A stretch of 64,000 bases of DNA from Candidatus Woesearchaeota archaeon (GCA_043803105.1 JAZDKJ010000006.1:416001-480000); one strand, 5' to 3'; shown: positions 29,410 to 38,808, counted from the stretch's first letter. Numbers and translations: made by a program. Notes: generated from the letters alone by a model not told the origin.

Positions 29410-30678
29410 TCATTCATACCTTAGCGCATCTACCGGCTTTAGTTTTGACGCTCTGTATGCGGGTACGATTCCTGCAATCATTCCTATTCCTATAGACATT
29501 GTTAGTGCCTCCACGAGTAGGCTTATAGGCACTACTGTAACCAGCCCGCCACTGCCCCCAATACCTCCTACTCCTAATCCACCCAGCAATTGTGGTAGCA
29601 CGAGCGATATCGCTACACCGAGCAGTATTCCCAGTAATCCTCCTGCAAGGCCGACCAGCCCTGAATTAAGGACAAAGATTAGCATCACGTCCCTGTTTTT
29701 TGCTCCTACTGCTTTCATTATCCCGATTTCCTTTGTCTTTTCAAGGACTGATGTGAACATCGTGTTTGCAATTCCCACCGCCCCAACTATCAGTGAGACT
29801 GCAGCAATTGCCGCCAAGAATAGGGTGAATGTTGCGGTTACGCTCTGTATTGTTTGTTGTACATCTAAGGAAGATGTTACTGTGAAGTCCTGTGTTCTGG
29901 TTGTGAGGTGTCTTTCCATGAGCAACCGGATTGTTGTTTCGTTTGCGACCTGGTCTACAAAATCTGAATTCTCTACCTTTACCTGTATTGAGTCAAATTC
30001 TGTTTGCCCCACGTCCTGCAGTGTTGTGCGTGCAGTTACTATTGGCATGTATATGGTGTTTCCGCCTCCCCCGCCTGCCCCAAATCCTCCTGAAGAAGAC
30101 TGAAGTATTCCAACAACCTTGAATACCTTTCCCTGGATCATTATCGGCCTGTTTATCCCAACCTGCTGCTTGAATGTATTGGTGGCTATCCCGTTTGACA
30201 GAACCACAACGTTTGTGTCTCCAGATTGTAAGAACCTTCCAGTGTCAATCTTTGATGTTGTGATGTATTGCCAGGAATTTGGGTCTACTCCCTGAACCTG
30301 GGCATTTGTGGTTTGCGTTAGGTAGTTGACTGTGGCTCTTCCGCTTATGATTCCATTTACATACAAGACTCCTGGTGTTGTCTTTATTGCCTGGATGTCT
30401 TGTTGCGTTAGATTCTTGGTTAGGATGCCATTGCCTCCTCCTCTATCTAATCCTCCAAAGGCTCCCTGCGCCCTGCTAAATCCAGGGCTTACTGTAAAAA
30501 TGTCTTGGCCAAGCCCTCCCAGTCTCTGCTGCACGCTTGCAGAAGCACCTTCGCCAATCGACACTATGCCCACTATAGCGCCCACACCAATCACTATTCC
30601 AATAATGGTGAGCCAGCTCCTCAGCCTGCTGTGAAGCAGGATGTTTAGCGCAAGCTTGAACGAAATCCTAAGCCTCAT
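29410..30678 (-). CDS. ABC transporter permease (MacB/FtsX family)
   Basis: RSWLTIIGIVIG, GIANTMFTSVLEKTKEIGIMKAVGA, PAYRASKLKPVDALRYE. Confidence 0.95.
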   Translation of the reverse strand: MRLRISFKLALNILLHSRLRSWLTIIGIVIGVGAIVGIVSIGEGASASVQQRLGGLGQDIFTVSPGFSRAQGAFGGLDRGGGNGILTKNLTQQDIQAIKTTPGVLYVNGIISGRATVNYLTQTTNAQVQGVDPNSWQYITTSKIDTGRFLQSGDTNVVVLSNGIATNTFKQQVGINRPIMIQGKVFKVVGILQSSSGGFGAGGGGGNTIYMPIVTARTTLQDVGQTEFDSIQVKVENSDFVDQVANETTIRLLMERHLTTRTQDFTVTSSLDVQQTIQSVTATFTLFLAAIAAVSLIVGAVGIANTMFTSVLEKTKEIGIMKAVGAKNRDVMLIFVLNSGLVGLAGGLLGILLGVAISLVLPQLLGGLGVGGIGGSGGLVTVVPISLLVEALTMSIGIGMIAGIVPAYRASKLKPVDALRYE

Positions 30679-31955
30679 TTCTTTGCCTTGCTTTTTCTCC
30701 TGCCGTAAAAGAAACCTGCTACCAACCCTGCCAAAAGCAGCCCTATCATCAGGTACCAGTTTGTCCCGCTGCTTGTCCTGCTAACTGTTCCTGTTGTCGT
30801 GGTTGTTGTTCCTGTGGAAGTGGCAGCCCTGAATTGGATTGGCACTTCCTTCTCCGCAGATTGCCTGTGTCCTGTGGTGTCTGTATACTGAACAGTTACC
30901 TTAAGAGGTGCTGGTTTTGCGGCTGCCTGCTGACTTGTGCCGCCTGAGCCAGCCGTTGCCCTTGCCTGGCTTCCTGCAATCTGGAAAGATACAATTGTGT
31001 AATCACCCTTCGCAAGATTGCCTATGATTGCGCTGCTGCTCCCTGTTACGCGATAGCCTTGCTGGTCCGGTATGATCACAGTAACTGATTGCGCAGGGTT
31101 GTTTCCTATGTTTGCCACAGACAGCGATGTTTGCCCTACAGAACTCTCTGAGAATGCAACATCAAAGTCAGTTTGTCCTCCCACAAATATTCCCGCAGTT
31201 GTCTTTGCTGTTGAGATTGTTGTGTTGGTCATGCTTTCAAACTTCAAGGTCATTTGCATTTGGTATAATCCTGGATTTGCATTTACATCTGCAACAACAT
31301 TGTAGGTTAAGTTCACAGATTGGCCAATCCCTAGGTATTGGACGTATTTTGTGTTGTCTGAGTACACGGGCAGCACAGCACCTGTCGGCTCTGTCCATGA
31401 GAATGCTATGTTCTGTAATGGTGCGCTGCCTTTGTTGGATATTGTGAAGGTTACTTTTGTTTCCTGCCCCGGGCTTAGTTGCGATTTGTCAATCATTAGT
31501 TGTGCGAATTCCTTGTTGGTCACAGCTATTGGGAATTTCTGGGTGATCCATGATCCTCCGCTGCCATAATTGTACCTAACCTGCAAATCATAGCTGCCTT
31601 CATGTGCGTCGGGCGAAATCTTGATTGTATATTGTACCTGCGCATAATTATTGTCTGTCTGGAACGCATTAACACTTCCAACAGTCTGCAGGTTGTTGCC
31701 GTCAGCCACTGTGAATGGATAGCTGGGTTGAACCTCTATCTGCAAATTATTGGCAGGCTGTCCTCCTCTGTTTTCGAACTTGAGCCGCACTGTGGCCGTA
31801 CCTCCTGCTGGAGCAGGGTTTGGGTCCTGGTTCAGAAGGCTTAATTGCAGCTGCGCCCCGCTGTTTGAATCTCCGAGCTGTGCAGTTGCACTGTAAGCCA
31901 TTGCCATCACCAATAATATCATCAACAATAGGTTTTTCCATTTCATTTTTTTCAC
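30675..31955 (-). CDS. COG1361 S-layer-like Ig-domain surface protein
   Basis: Signal peptide, QDPNPAPAG, repeated Ig-like beta domains, Thr-rich linker, C-terminal TM plus basic tail; lies between ABC ATPase and permease. Confidence 0.85.
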   Translation of the reverse strand: MKKMKWKNLLLMILLVMAMAYSATAQLGDSNSGAQLQLSLLNQDPNPAPAGGTATVRLKFENRGGQPANNLQIEVQPSYPFTVADGNNLQTVGSVNAFQTDNNYAQVQYTIKISPDAHEGSYDLQVRYNYGSGGSWITQKFPIAVTNKEFAQLMIDKSQLSPGQETKVTFTISNKGSAPLQNIAFSWTEPTGAVLPVYSDNTKYVQYLGIGQSVNLTYNVVADVNANPGLYQMQMTLKFESMTNTTISTAKTTAGIFVGGQTDFDVAFSESSVGQTSLSVANIGNNPAQSVTVIIPDQQGYRVTGSSSAIIGNLAKGDYTIVSFQIAGSQARATAGSGGTSQQAAAKPAPLKVTVQYTDTTGHRQSAEKEVPIQFRAATSTGTTTTTTGTVSRTSSGTNWYLMIGLLLAGLVAGFFYGRRKSKAKK

Positions 31956-32638
31956 TCTCCTTTCACGATTTGTCCGTCCTTGAGCTGGATTTTTCTTCTC
32001 GCCCTGGCAGCCAAATCGAGGTCATGCGTAACTATAATTATTGTCTTGTGTTCTTTCTTCCACAAGCCCTGCAAGAGCGATAATATGTCCATTCCTGACT
32101 TGCTGTCAAGGTTGCCTGTGGGCTCGTCGGCAAGCACAACATCAGGGTCATTTGAAAGTGCCCTAGCAATCGCGACACGCTGCTGCTGGCCACCAGAAAG
32201 CTGGTTCGGCAGGTGATGCATCCTGTCAGCGAGTCCGACGAGCGCGAGTAGTTTTTCTGCCTTCTTCTTGGACTCATCCACTGGTGTGTCTTGGAATTCC
32301 ATCGGCAGCATCACATTTTCAAGCGCACTTAATGTTGGTACAAGGTTGAACTGCTGGAAGATGAATCCGATTTTTCTCCCTCGTATCTGGGACAGCGCTG
32401 ATTCGCTTAGCTTTGCTATATCCTTGTTTTCAAGATAAACCTCTCCTTTGCTTGGAAGGTCAAGGCATCCAACAAGGTTCATGAGCGTGCTCTTGCCAGA
32501 ACCGCTTGCGCCTACGATAGCAACAAAATCTCCCTGCTCGATTTCCATGCTTACTCCCTTGAGAGCATTAACCTCTACGTAACCCATCTTGTAGATTTTC
32601 CAGACATTCTGGAGTTTGAGTATTAGTTCCTTTACCAT
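31952..32638 (-). CDS. ABC transporter ATP-binding protein (LolD/MacB-like)
   Basis: [38 protein letters not shown]. Confidence 0.97.
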   Translation of the reverse strand: MVKELILKLQNVWKIYKMGYVEVNALKGVSMEIEQGDFVAIVGASGSGKSTLMNLVGCLDLPSKGEVYLENKDIAKLSESALSQIRGRKIGFIFQQFNLVPTLSALENVMLPMEFQDTPVDESKKKAEKLLALVGLADRMHHLPNQLSGGQQQRVAIARALSNDPDVVLADEPTGNLDSKSGMDILSLLQGLWKKEHKTIIIVTHDLDLAARARRKIQLKDGQIVKGE

Positions 32639-32646
32639 CCGGTCAG

Positions 32647-32805
32647 TGAAACTAATTTAGTTTAAAAGCCTTGTGAAAGATGGTTTCAAGCCATCTGTTC
32701 GAAAACCGCAAAACTTTTATACCAAATTGCTTTCCTTGTAACAACCTGAAACGAAACAATTTATAAATGTTTGTTGAAACCAGCTGAAACGAAACAAGAT
32801 GAAAC
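32647..32805. promoter_or_regulatory. divergent promoter region with repeated TGAAAC boxes (putative operators)
   Basis: CTGAAACGAAACAA at 32746-32759 and 32784-32797 flanking TTTATAAA (32760-32767); imperfect inverted TGAAA..GTTT(C/A)A boxes at 32647 and 32674. Confidence 0.6.
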
Positions 32806-33332
32806 TAGACGATAAGAGGCCTGTAACCGGAAGAAACGTTTACTGGGTCATTGCTATTGTCTGCCTGATTTATGGTGGAATTGCGCTTGTTATCTTTTTC
32901 CAACAGCTGTCGATTGTGTATTTTAGGCCAGAGATGCCTCAGCAAAGGAACTTGACTTTGGAGCGGCCGCATCCAAATTCAAGGTTTAACGCAATTATGG
33001 CATTCCCGATGCTTGCCACTTTCTTTGGCTCTGTTGTTTCCATCCTTGCAGGCATTTCCATGTTAAGCCTGCTCCGAAAGAAGGAGAAAAAGCAGATTAC
33101 TCGCGATCTCCTTGATTCTGTGATTCTTCCTGACGAAAGGCTTGTCTTAAGGACTCTTGAGAGCAGGCACGGAGAGCTTACCCAGTCAGAGCTTGTTTCC
33201 ATCACAAAACTCTCTAAGGTCAAGGTTCATAGGATTGTGAAAAGACTTGCATCAATGGGTGTTGTCGCCAAATATCCGTATGGCTTAACCAACAAGATAA
33301 TGCTTGAGAAGGGCTTTCATGTTTCTGACTGA
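32799..33332 (+). CDS. membrane-anchored winged-HTH transcriptional regulator
   Basis: Two TM helices then LPDERLVL..GELTQSELV..LSKVKVHRIVKRL..GVV.K.PYG.TN. Confidence 0.85.
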   Translation: MKLDDKRPVTGRNVYWVIAIVCLIYGGIALVIFFQQLSIVYFRPEMPQQRNLTLERPHPNSRFNAIMAFPMLATFFGSVVSILAGISMLSLLRKKEKKQITRDLLDSVILPDERLVLRTLESRHGELTQSELVSITKLSKVKVHRIVKRLASMGVVAKYPYGLTNKIMLEKGFHVSD

Positions 33333-33375
33333 ACACCTAAACTTTAATATATCCCTTGGTTCTACTTCCCACAGT

Positions 33376-33426
33376 GGGCGTGTAGCATACTCACAGAACC
33401 TGGTTCTGTAGTCGCTCCACGTGCCA
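33376..33426 (+). repeat. hairpin containing a copy of the tRNA-Arg 5' end
   Basis: GGGCGTGTAGCATA (33376-33389) is identical to tRNA nt 1-14; folds back via ACAGAAC/GTTCTGT and CACGTGCC. Confidence 0.75.
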
Positions 33427-33472
33427 GCATTGCCAAAAGGTTTATCATTGGTATCAGTGATTGCCTTTGGTT

Positions 33473-33584
33473 GGGCGTGTAGCATAATCCGGATCGTGCG
33501 ACCGGCTTCGGCAAGCAATCGCAATGATATGAGCAAGTTGCTTGGGGATACCGGTTGATCGGGGTTCAAATCCTCGCACGCTCA
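33473..33584 (+). tRNA. tRNA-Arg(UCG) with 38-nt intron at 37/38 (33512-33549)
   Basis: Acceptor GGGCGTG/CACGCTC-A, D-loop GGA (A20), anticodon stem ACCGG/CCGGT with CT-TCG-G|A, T arm CGGGG-TTCAAAT-CCTCG; BHB: CTTC/GGGG central helix, AAGCAA/TTGCTT outer helix; BRE/TATA-like AAAAGGTTTAT at about 33435-33445. Confidence 0.9.
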
Positions 33585-33643
33585 TGAGCGTAGCGAATGA
33601 GCTGCGAGACCAGCAACGAAAGTTGCGCTGCCTCGCACGCTCA
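33585..33643 (+). repeat. trailer with two imperfect antisense copies and one exact sense copy of the tRNA 3' end
   Basis: CCTCGCACGCTCA at 33572-33584 and 33631-33643; TGAGCGTAGCGA and TGAGCTGCGAG resemble its reverse complement; GCAAC-GAAA-GTTGC hairpin; T-tract follows. Confidence 0.8.
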
Positions 33644-33718
33644 CCTTTTATTTTCTTCGTGATTCTTCCGGTACACCTTCCAAAGCATTAATTAACCACA
33701 GCGTTTTTGTAGAGATTA

Positions 33719-33832
33719 ATGAAATTGAAAGTGATAAAGAAGGCTGACCTACAGGAGTCGTTTGGCACTATTGAAAAGAAGATTTCAGGTCAGGAATTCA
33801 AGGACTTTGTGAGGCAAGGTTGGCACAAATAA
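33719..33832 (+). pseudogene. short ORF resembling the C-terminal remnant of an AbrB/VapB-type antitoxin
   Basis: MKLKVIKKADLQESFGTIEKKISGQEFKDFVRQGWHK*; resembles recalled archaeal antitoxin tails; N-terminal AbrB domain missing. Confidence 0.4.
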
Positions 33833-34096
33833 AGGCTGCTGGCGTTCAGTTCACTTGCTACATAGTGCGTATTAATAATATCCCTCCGTATAACGGATTG
33901 AGACAAAAAAGAAATGGGTTCACAGAATCAGGTGCATAAACCCAAAAGTTATCTCACGCTCTGCATTTACCATATTCCACAATTATATAAATCTTTCTTT
34001 GAATTACTCGGAAATTTCACGAAAATTCTAAACTTGCCTGAAGGCATAGATTCACAAATCCAAACAAATAAATATCTTTAATCCTTACTTGTTTTG

Positions 34097-35485
34097 ATGC
34101 AAAAGAAGTGGATAATCCTGGGCATTGTGGTGCTGACAAGCTTCATGAGCGCGCTTGACGTGAGCATTACCAATGTTGCTATGCCTGCTATCGGAGAGAG
34201 CCTGAAGGCAACCTTCCAGCTCATTACTTTGGTACCATTGTTCTATCTTCTTTCCTTGAGCATGTTTGTCATTCCGTTTGGAAAGCTTGCAGACATTCAC
34301 GGCAGAAAGAATTTCTATATTGCAGGTGTCATTTTGTTTACCATTGGTTCTGCCATTTCCGGCATTGCGCCGACGATTCATGCACTAATCGGCTTCAGGT
34401 TTCTACAAGGCATCGGTGCTGCCTTAATACAGGCAACTGCTGTTGCCATTGTTACAGAGGTCTTCGCTTCAACAGAACGTGGTAAAGCCCTTGGAATCAG
34501 CATTGCATCTGTTTACACAGGCCTTATAGCAGGGCCCTTGATTGGCGGTTTAATCCTGCAATTCCTTAGCTGGAGGTACATCTTCTTTGTGAATATCCCT
34601 ATTGGGGTTGCTGCCATTATCGCAGCATTCTTCAGCATAGAAAAGCTCGCGGAGCCACTGCAAAAGTCAGTCTTTAATTGGGGTGGTGCTATTAGCCTTG
34701 TTGTCTTCGTTGGCTCCCTCCTCGCTGCCTCACAGTTTTATGGCGGGTACTTGTCCATCGTCCTTGGTGTTCTTAGCCTCCTTGCTTTCTTGTATACAGA
34801 ATTCGTCGGCAAGAATCCATTGATAGGCTTGAAGCGCCTTGCCAGGAACATGATGTTTGTTTTTGCAAATCTCACTGCCATGCTTAACTATATGGGCATC
34901 TTTGCTGTCTCATTTCTTTTGGCATTTTATTTCATCAGCGTGAGAGAACTCTCGCCGCTCCATGCAGGCCTTTTGCTTGGTATCATGCCTCTTGCCCAGG
35001 CGATCCTCTCGCCAGTATTTGGAAGCCTCTCAGACAGGATTGGCTCAAGGCTTTTGAGCTCTTCAGGAATGGCGCTCATAACACTTGGAATTGCCATGTT
35101 GTCCTCTTTAACAGATCACTCAAGCCTGATTGCGGTTGCGGTCTATACTCTCATAATTGGGGTTGGCATGGGTATGTTCTCCTCTCCAAACACAAGTGCC
35201 ATTATGGGCTCTGTTGACAAGCAGCATTTAGGAATTGCCGCAAGCTTTCTTGCCACAATGCGCCTGATTGGCCAGTCTGTCAGCATCATCATACTGGCTG
35301 TTATAATGGCCAGGTTTGTTCCCACTGAATTGATGCAGGAAATAGTGTCAGGCATTGCCCAGAATCTCTCAACCGCAAAGCTTGAATTTATGGCAGGCTT
35401 TCATTATTGCTTCCTTGTACTGTCTGTTTTTACTTTTTTAGGCATTTTCACCTCCCTTTCGCGAGGAAGGTCTAGGAAACAATAA
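34097..35485 (+). CDS. MFS drug:H+ antiporter (DHA2/EmrB-like, 14 TM)
   Basis: FMSALDVSITNVAMP, GKLADIHGRK, RFLQGIGAA, GPLIGG, WRYIFFVNIPIG, SSPNTSAIMG. Confidence 0.93.
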   Translation: MQKKWIILGIVVLTSFMSALDVSITNVAMPAIGESLKATFQLITLVPLFYLLSLSMFVIPFGKLADIHGRKNFYIAGVILFTIGSAISGIAPTIHALIGFRFLQGIGAALIQATAVAIVTEVFASTERGKALGISIASVYTGLIAGPLIGGLILQFLSWRYIFFVNIPIGVAAIIAAFFSIEKLAEPLQKSVFNWGGAISLVVFVGSLLAASQFYGGYLSIVLGVLSLLAFLYTEFVGKNPLIGLKRLARNMMFVFANLTAMLNYMGIFAVSFLLAFYFISVRELSPLHAGLLLGIMPLAQAILSPVFGSLSDRIGSRLLSSSGMALITLGIAMLSSLTDHSSLIAVAVYTLIIGVGMGMFSSPNTSAIMGSVDKQHLGIAASFLATMRLIGQSVSIIILAVIMARFVPTELMQEIVSGIAQNLSTAKLEFMAGFHYCFLVLSVFTFLGIFTSLSRGRSRKQ

Positions 35486-35549
35486 ATAGTGTCTATATAG
35501 TAGTAACAAAATCGAAAAGTTTAAATAGTTGCGTTTTCTCCTGCTTCTT

Positions 35550-35861
35550 ATGGAAGGACCAAAAGAATCTACATCTCCAATGCAAGTGCTTGAGCAGAAA
35601 TTGAAAGGTATGCTACAGGACTTTCGTCCTGAAAAATTCGTGAATTTTGCCGACAGGCACCCAACTGTCTTGGAGATTTACAAACTCAAGAATAATGCCA
35701 AAGATGTTGCTGACAGCTTTACCAGCCTGAGTGGATATGTTCCCAAAGAAATCTTGGATCTCGAAAAGTTACTAGCTGCTCAGAATTATGTGGCTTCTGG
35801 TCTTTGGTCGTTAGGTTATATGCCACCCCCTGTTTCTAAATCATTGCCTGATACAGAATAA
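35550..35861 (+). CDS. hypothetical protein
   Basis: ORF preceded by GAAAAGTTTAAATA promoter. Confidence 0.5.
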   Translation: MEGPKESTSPMQVLEQKLKGMLQDFRPEKFVNFADRHPTVLEIYKLKNNAKDVADSFTSLSGYVPKEILDLEKLLAAQNYVASGLWSLGYMPPPVSKSLPDTE

Positions 35862-35907
35862 TCATAATAGAAAGCTTTATAACTGAAAGCAGAAAGAGTT
35901 TCAGAAA

Positions 35908-36339
35908 ATGGTAACCGTTTTTGATGTTCCACAAGGGCAATTAACTACAGAGCTCTCAAATGACATGAAAAAGATTCCTGAGTTCAAGCCTCCTGAGTGG
36001 GCTTCCTTCGTGAAGACCGGTGTCTACAAGCAAAGGCCTCCTGTTGATTCAGATTGGTGGTACAAGCGGGCCGCATCTGTTTTGAGGACGCTCTACTTGA
36101 AAGGCCCTATAGGTGTTTCAAAATTGCGGACCAGGTACGGCGGCAAGAAGAACCGCGGTGTCAAACCAGAAAAGTTTAAGAGGGGCTCGGGCAATATTAT
36201 CAGAAAAATCCTCCAGCAGCTTGAGAAGGCTCAGTTTGCTAAAAAAGTCGATAAGGGCGTCCACAAAGGCAGGGTTTTGTCTCCAAAAGGGAAGGCATTT
36301 GTTGACAAGGTTGCCTTGCGCCTCGCGAAGAAAGAATGA
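35908..36339 (+). CDS. rps19e: 30S ribosomal protein S19e
   Basis: PEWASFVKTG, WWYKRAASVLR, YGGKKNRG, GSGNIIRKILQQLE. Confidence 0.97.
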   Translation: MVTVFDVPQGQLTTELSNDMKKIPEFKPPEWASFVKTGVYKQRPPVDSDWWYKRAASVLRTLYLKGPIGVSKLRTRYGGKKNRGVKPEKFKRGSGNIIRKILQQLEKAQFAKKVDKGVHKGRVLSPKGKAFVDKVALRLAKKE

Positions 36340-36656
36340 GCGAGCTCGACGAGATTAGGAAAAGAAAGCTTGAGGAACTTCAGCAGAGGGCTGCAGGGCA
36401 GCAGCAGGACGAAGCTCAGATGCAGCAGGAGCTTGTCCAACTGGAACTTGCCGTAAAGTCGCGGATGACAAAAGAAGCGATGCAAAGGTATGGCAACATC
36501 AAGCTTGCTGATCAGGAAAGATCGATCCAGCTGCTTGTTGTCCTGGGCCAGCTTCTCCAGAGTGCAAGGATTCAGATGATTGATGATAACACCTTGAAGC
36601 AGGTTCTGCTTCAACTCCAGCAAAAGAAAAAGGATTTTACGATTACAAGGAAATAA
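36336..36656 (+). CDS. PDCD5-like DNA-binding protein
   Basis: ELDEIRKRKLEELQ, MTKEAMQRYGNIK, DFTITRK; S19e-PDCD5-L39e-L31e synteny. Confidence 0.9.
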   Translation: MSELDEIRKRKLEELQQRAAGQQQDEAQMQQELVQLELAVKSRMTKEAMQRYGNIKLADQERSIQLLVVLGQLLQSARIQMIDDNTLKQVLLQLQQKKKDFTITRK

Positions 36657-36657
36657 A

Positions 36658-36831
36658 ATGGCACGATACAAGCATTTAAGCAGGAAAAAGCGACTGATTA
36701 AGAGAAACTCGCAGACGCGCTGGGCTCCTTTTTGGACTGTGCCAAAGAAGTACGGCAAAGGCAGGAAAGTCCATCCGGGAAGGCATACCACAGTAAAGCG
36801 CTCATGGCGAAGGATAAAGACTAAGGCTTGA
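36658..36831 (+). CDS. rpl39e: 50S ribosomal protein L39e (57 aa; not in ORF track)
   Basis: Hand translation MARYKHLSRKKRLIKRNSQTRWAPFWTVPKKYGKGRKVHPGRHTTVKRSWRRIKTKA*; position before L31e. Confidence 0.9.
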   Translation: MARYKHLSRKKRLIKRNSQTRWAPFWTVPKKYGKGRKVHPGRHTTVKRSWRRIKTKA

Positions 36832-36835
36832 TAAC

Positions 36836-37372
36836 ATGGCTAAGAAAGAAGACAAACCAAAGCAGGTCTTGGAAAGGACCTATAATGTTCCTTTGAGGAG
36901 AGAGTTTCTCAAGGTTGCCAATTACCAGCGTGCCAAGAAAGCGATGAACGCTCTGCAGGCATTTCTGAAAAGGCATATGAAATCATCTGACATTAGCATC
37001 GGACGCCGTCTTAACATGAAGATCTGGGAGCGCGGTATTACCAATCCGCCGCATCATGTAAAGGTCACGGCAATCAAGTTTGATGACGGCACTGTGAAGG
37101 CAGAGCTTGTAGGCTTTCCCATAGATGAGAAGAAGAAAGAAAAGAGGAAGGCCAAGAAAGAAAAAGCAGAGCCTAAGACAGCTGATAGCAAGCCTGAAAC
37201 TGCTGAGGCAAAGACTGAGCCCAAATCAGAGGAAAAGCCAAAAAAATCTGAACAAAAGGCTCAGCAAAGAAAACCACAGGAAAAAGCCGTAGTAGAGCCT
37301 AAGAACGATGAAAACGTTGTTCAACCACAAAAAGATGCCACAAAGCTAAAAAAGGCAAAGGTTAAAGAATAG
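36836..37372 (+). CDS. rpl31e: 50S ribosomal protein L31e with Lys/Glu-rich C-terminal extension
   Basis: ERTYNVPLR, RAKKAM, FLKRHMK, LNMKIWERGITNPP. Confidence 0.95.
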   Translation: MAKKEDKPKQVLERTYNVPLRREFLKVANYQRAKKAMNALQAFLKRHMKSSDISIGRRLNMKIWERGITNPPHHVKVTAIKFDDGTVKAELVGFPIDEKKKEKRKAKKEKAEPKTADSKPETAEAKTEPKSEEKPKKSEQKAQQRKPQEKAVVEPKNDENVVQPQKDATKLKKAKVKE

Positions 37373-37392
37373 TTGTTCTAACTTATTTTTGC

Positions 37393-38391
37393 ATGGAGAC
37401 TGTTATTAGAAAGCATTCTGAGACTGATGAGAGGTATGGCTCTTATCCAGAGAAGAGGCCAACTGCAATGATTCTCAATTATGGTGTTATCGTCATAAAC
37501 AAGCCCAAGGGTCCCACTTCGCATCAGGTAAGCGCTTATGTGCAGCAGATTCTTGGCATTTCAAAGAGCGGCCATTCAGGAACCCTTGATCCGCATGTGA
37601 CAGGGGTCTTGCCTGTTGCTCTAGACAAGGCCACAAGGATTGTGCAGACTCTTCTTCCTGCAGGCAAGGAGTATGTCTGCCTGATGCATGTCCATGACGA
37701 TGTGGAGGAACAGGTTCTTAGAGCTGCCATTGCGTCTTTTATTGGCCAGATCACCCAACTCCCTCCTGTGAAGAGCGCTGTGAAGCGTGAAGAAAGGCAA
37801 CGAAGCATATATTATCTTGAGGTCTTGGAGATTGACGGCCGTGAGGTTCTTTTCCGCGTGGGTTGTCAGGCCGGAACCTACATCAGGAAACTCTGCCACG
37901 ACATTGGGCAAAAGCTCGGCGTGGGAGCCCATATGGCCGAGCTGGTAAGAACAAAGGCCGGGCCTTTCGATGAGTCATCAATGGTGAGCTTGGACGACCT
38001 GCGTGATGCTTTCTTCTACTACAAGGAATGGCATAAGGACAAGTGGTTGCGCTCGATTATAAAACCTGTCGAGGATACGATAAACATGATGCAAAAGGTC
38101 TGGATCACTGATTCGACTGTTGAGCCTGTCTGCCACGGCACAGACCTGAACCTTCCTGGAATAAGCAAATTCACTGACGGCATAAAAGAAAATGAGCAGG
38201 TGGCGATCGTAACCCTGAAAGGAGAGTTAGTAGCTTTAGGAATTGCAAGGCTATCATCCAAGGATATGCTAAAGGACAAGGGCGTTGCTGTAAAGATTCA
38301 CAAGGTCTTCATGGAGCCGGGCACTTACCCAAAGGTCATGAACCAGGGAAAGGACAATCTGTCTGCGGGTTTTCTGCCTCAAACGCATTAA
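37393..38391 (+). CDS. cbf5: H/ACA pseudouridine synthase Cbf5 (TruB family, PUA domain)
   Basis: INKPKGPTSHQV, GHSGTLDPHVTGVL, QLPPVKSAVKR, GTYIRKLCHDIG. Confidence 0.96.
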   Translation: METVIRKHSETDERYGSYPEKRPTAMILNYGVIVINKPKGPTSHQVSAYVQQILGISKSGHSGTLDPHVTGVLPVALDKATRIVQTLLPAGKEYVCLMHVHDDVEEQVLRAAIASFIGQITQLPPVKSAVKREERQRSIYYLEVLEIDGREVLFRVGCQAGTYIRKLCHDIGQKLGVGAHMAELVRTKAGPFDESSMVSLDDLRDAFFYYKEWHKDKWLRSIIKPVEDTINMMQKVWITDSTVEPVCHGTDLNLPGISKFTDGIKENEQVAIVTLKGELVALGIARLSSKDMLKDKGVAVKIHKVFMEPGTYPKVMNQGKDNLSAGFLPQTH

Positions 38392-38806
38392 TCAATTCGT
38401 CATTGTCGATTTTTATTGAGTAATCATACCAGTCCAGCTTCTGTTTCTTGATAAAGCGAAGAAACTTTTTTTGTTTTTTCTCGTCCCATGAGTCGAAGAG
38501 TTGCGCTGCCTTGCATAGGTGCTCTACATCGCAATGGCCTACTCTTAGATCCTCCTCGTTAACTGCAGGATGCAAAGGGCATCCGAGCTTTCCGTTAGGC
38601 AGCCTGATTAAGTTGCGGCAGATGCCGCATTCTCTAAGCTCTTGAGACCTGTTCATGAATTCGCGCTTGTCAGTGTACTCTGCAAATTCCAGAGTGTTTT
38701 TCTTTATTGCGATATCAGCCTCATCCTTGCTTCCAAATGTGTGGCCGCAGCAGCCGAAGCAGCCTGTGTGGTTTATCTGGCAAAGCCTTGAGTGAGTGTA
38801 TTTCAT
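38336..38806 (-). CDS. Cys-rich putative metal-binding hypothetical protein
   Basis: LC..GCFGCCG, CGICRNL, GCPLHP, R.GHC..HLC. Confidence 0.65.
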   Translation of the reverse strand: MKYTHSRLCQINHTGCFGCCGHTFGSKDEADIAIKKNTLEFAEYTDKREFMNRSQELRECGICRNLIRLPNGKLGCPLHPAVNEEDLRVGHCDVEHLCKAAQLFDSWDEKKQKKFLRFIKKQKLDWYDYSIKIDNDELINAFEAENPQTDCPFPGS

Positions 38807-38808
38807 GT

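Noticed and set aside
30675-30800. Sortase signal on the COG1361 protein
   Set aside because: TM plus basic tail present but no PEF/PGF motif; treated as an ordinary anchor.
33376-33643. Split or permuted tRNA
   Set aside because: A complete contiguous tRNA is present, and the two extra end fragments lack complementary leaders to each other and do not sum to a tRNA.
37130-37372. Low-complexity K/E/P tail of L31e as a repeat element
   Set aside because: Charged disordered extensions on r-proteins are common, and there is no exact DNA repeat.
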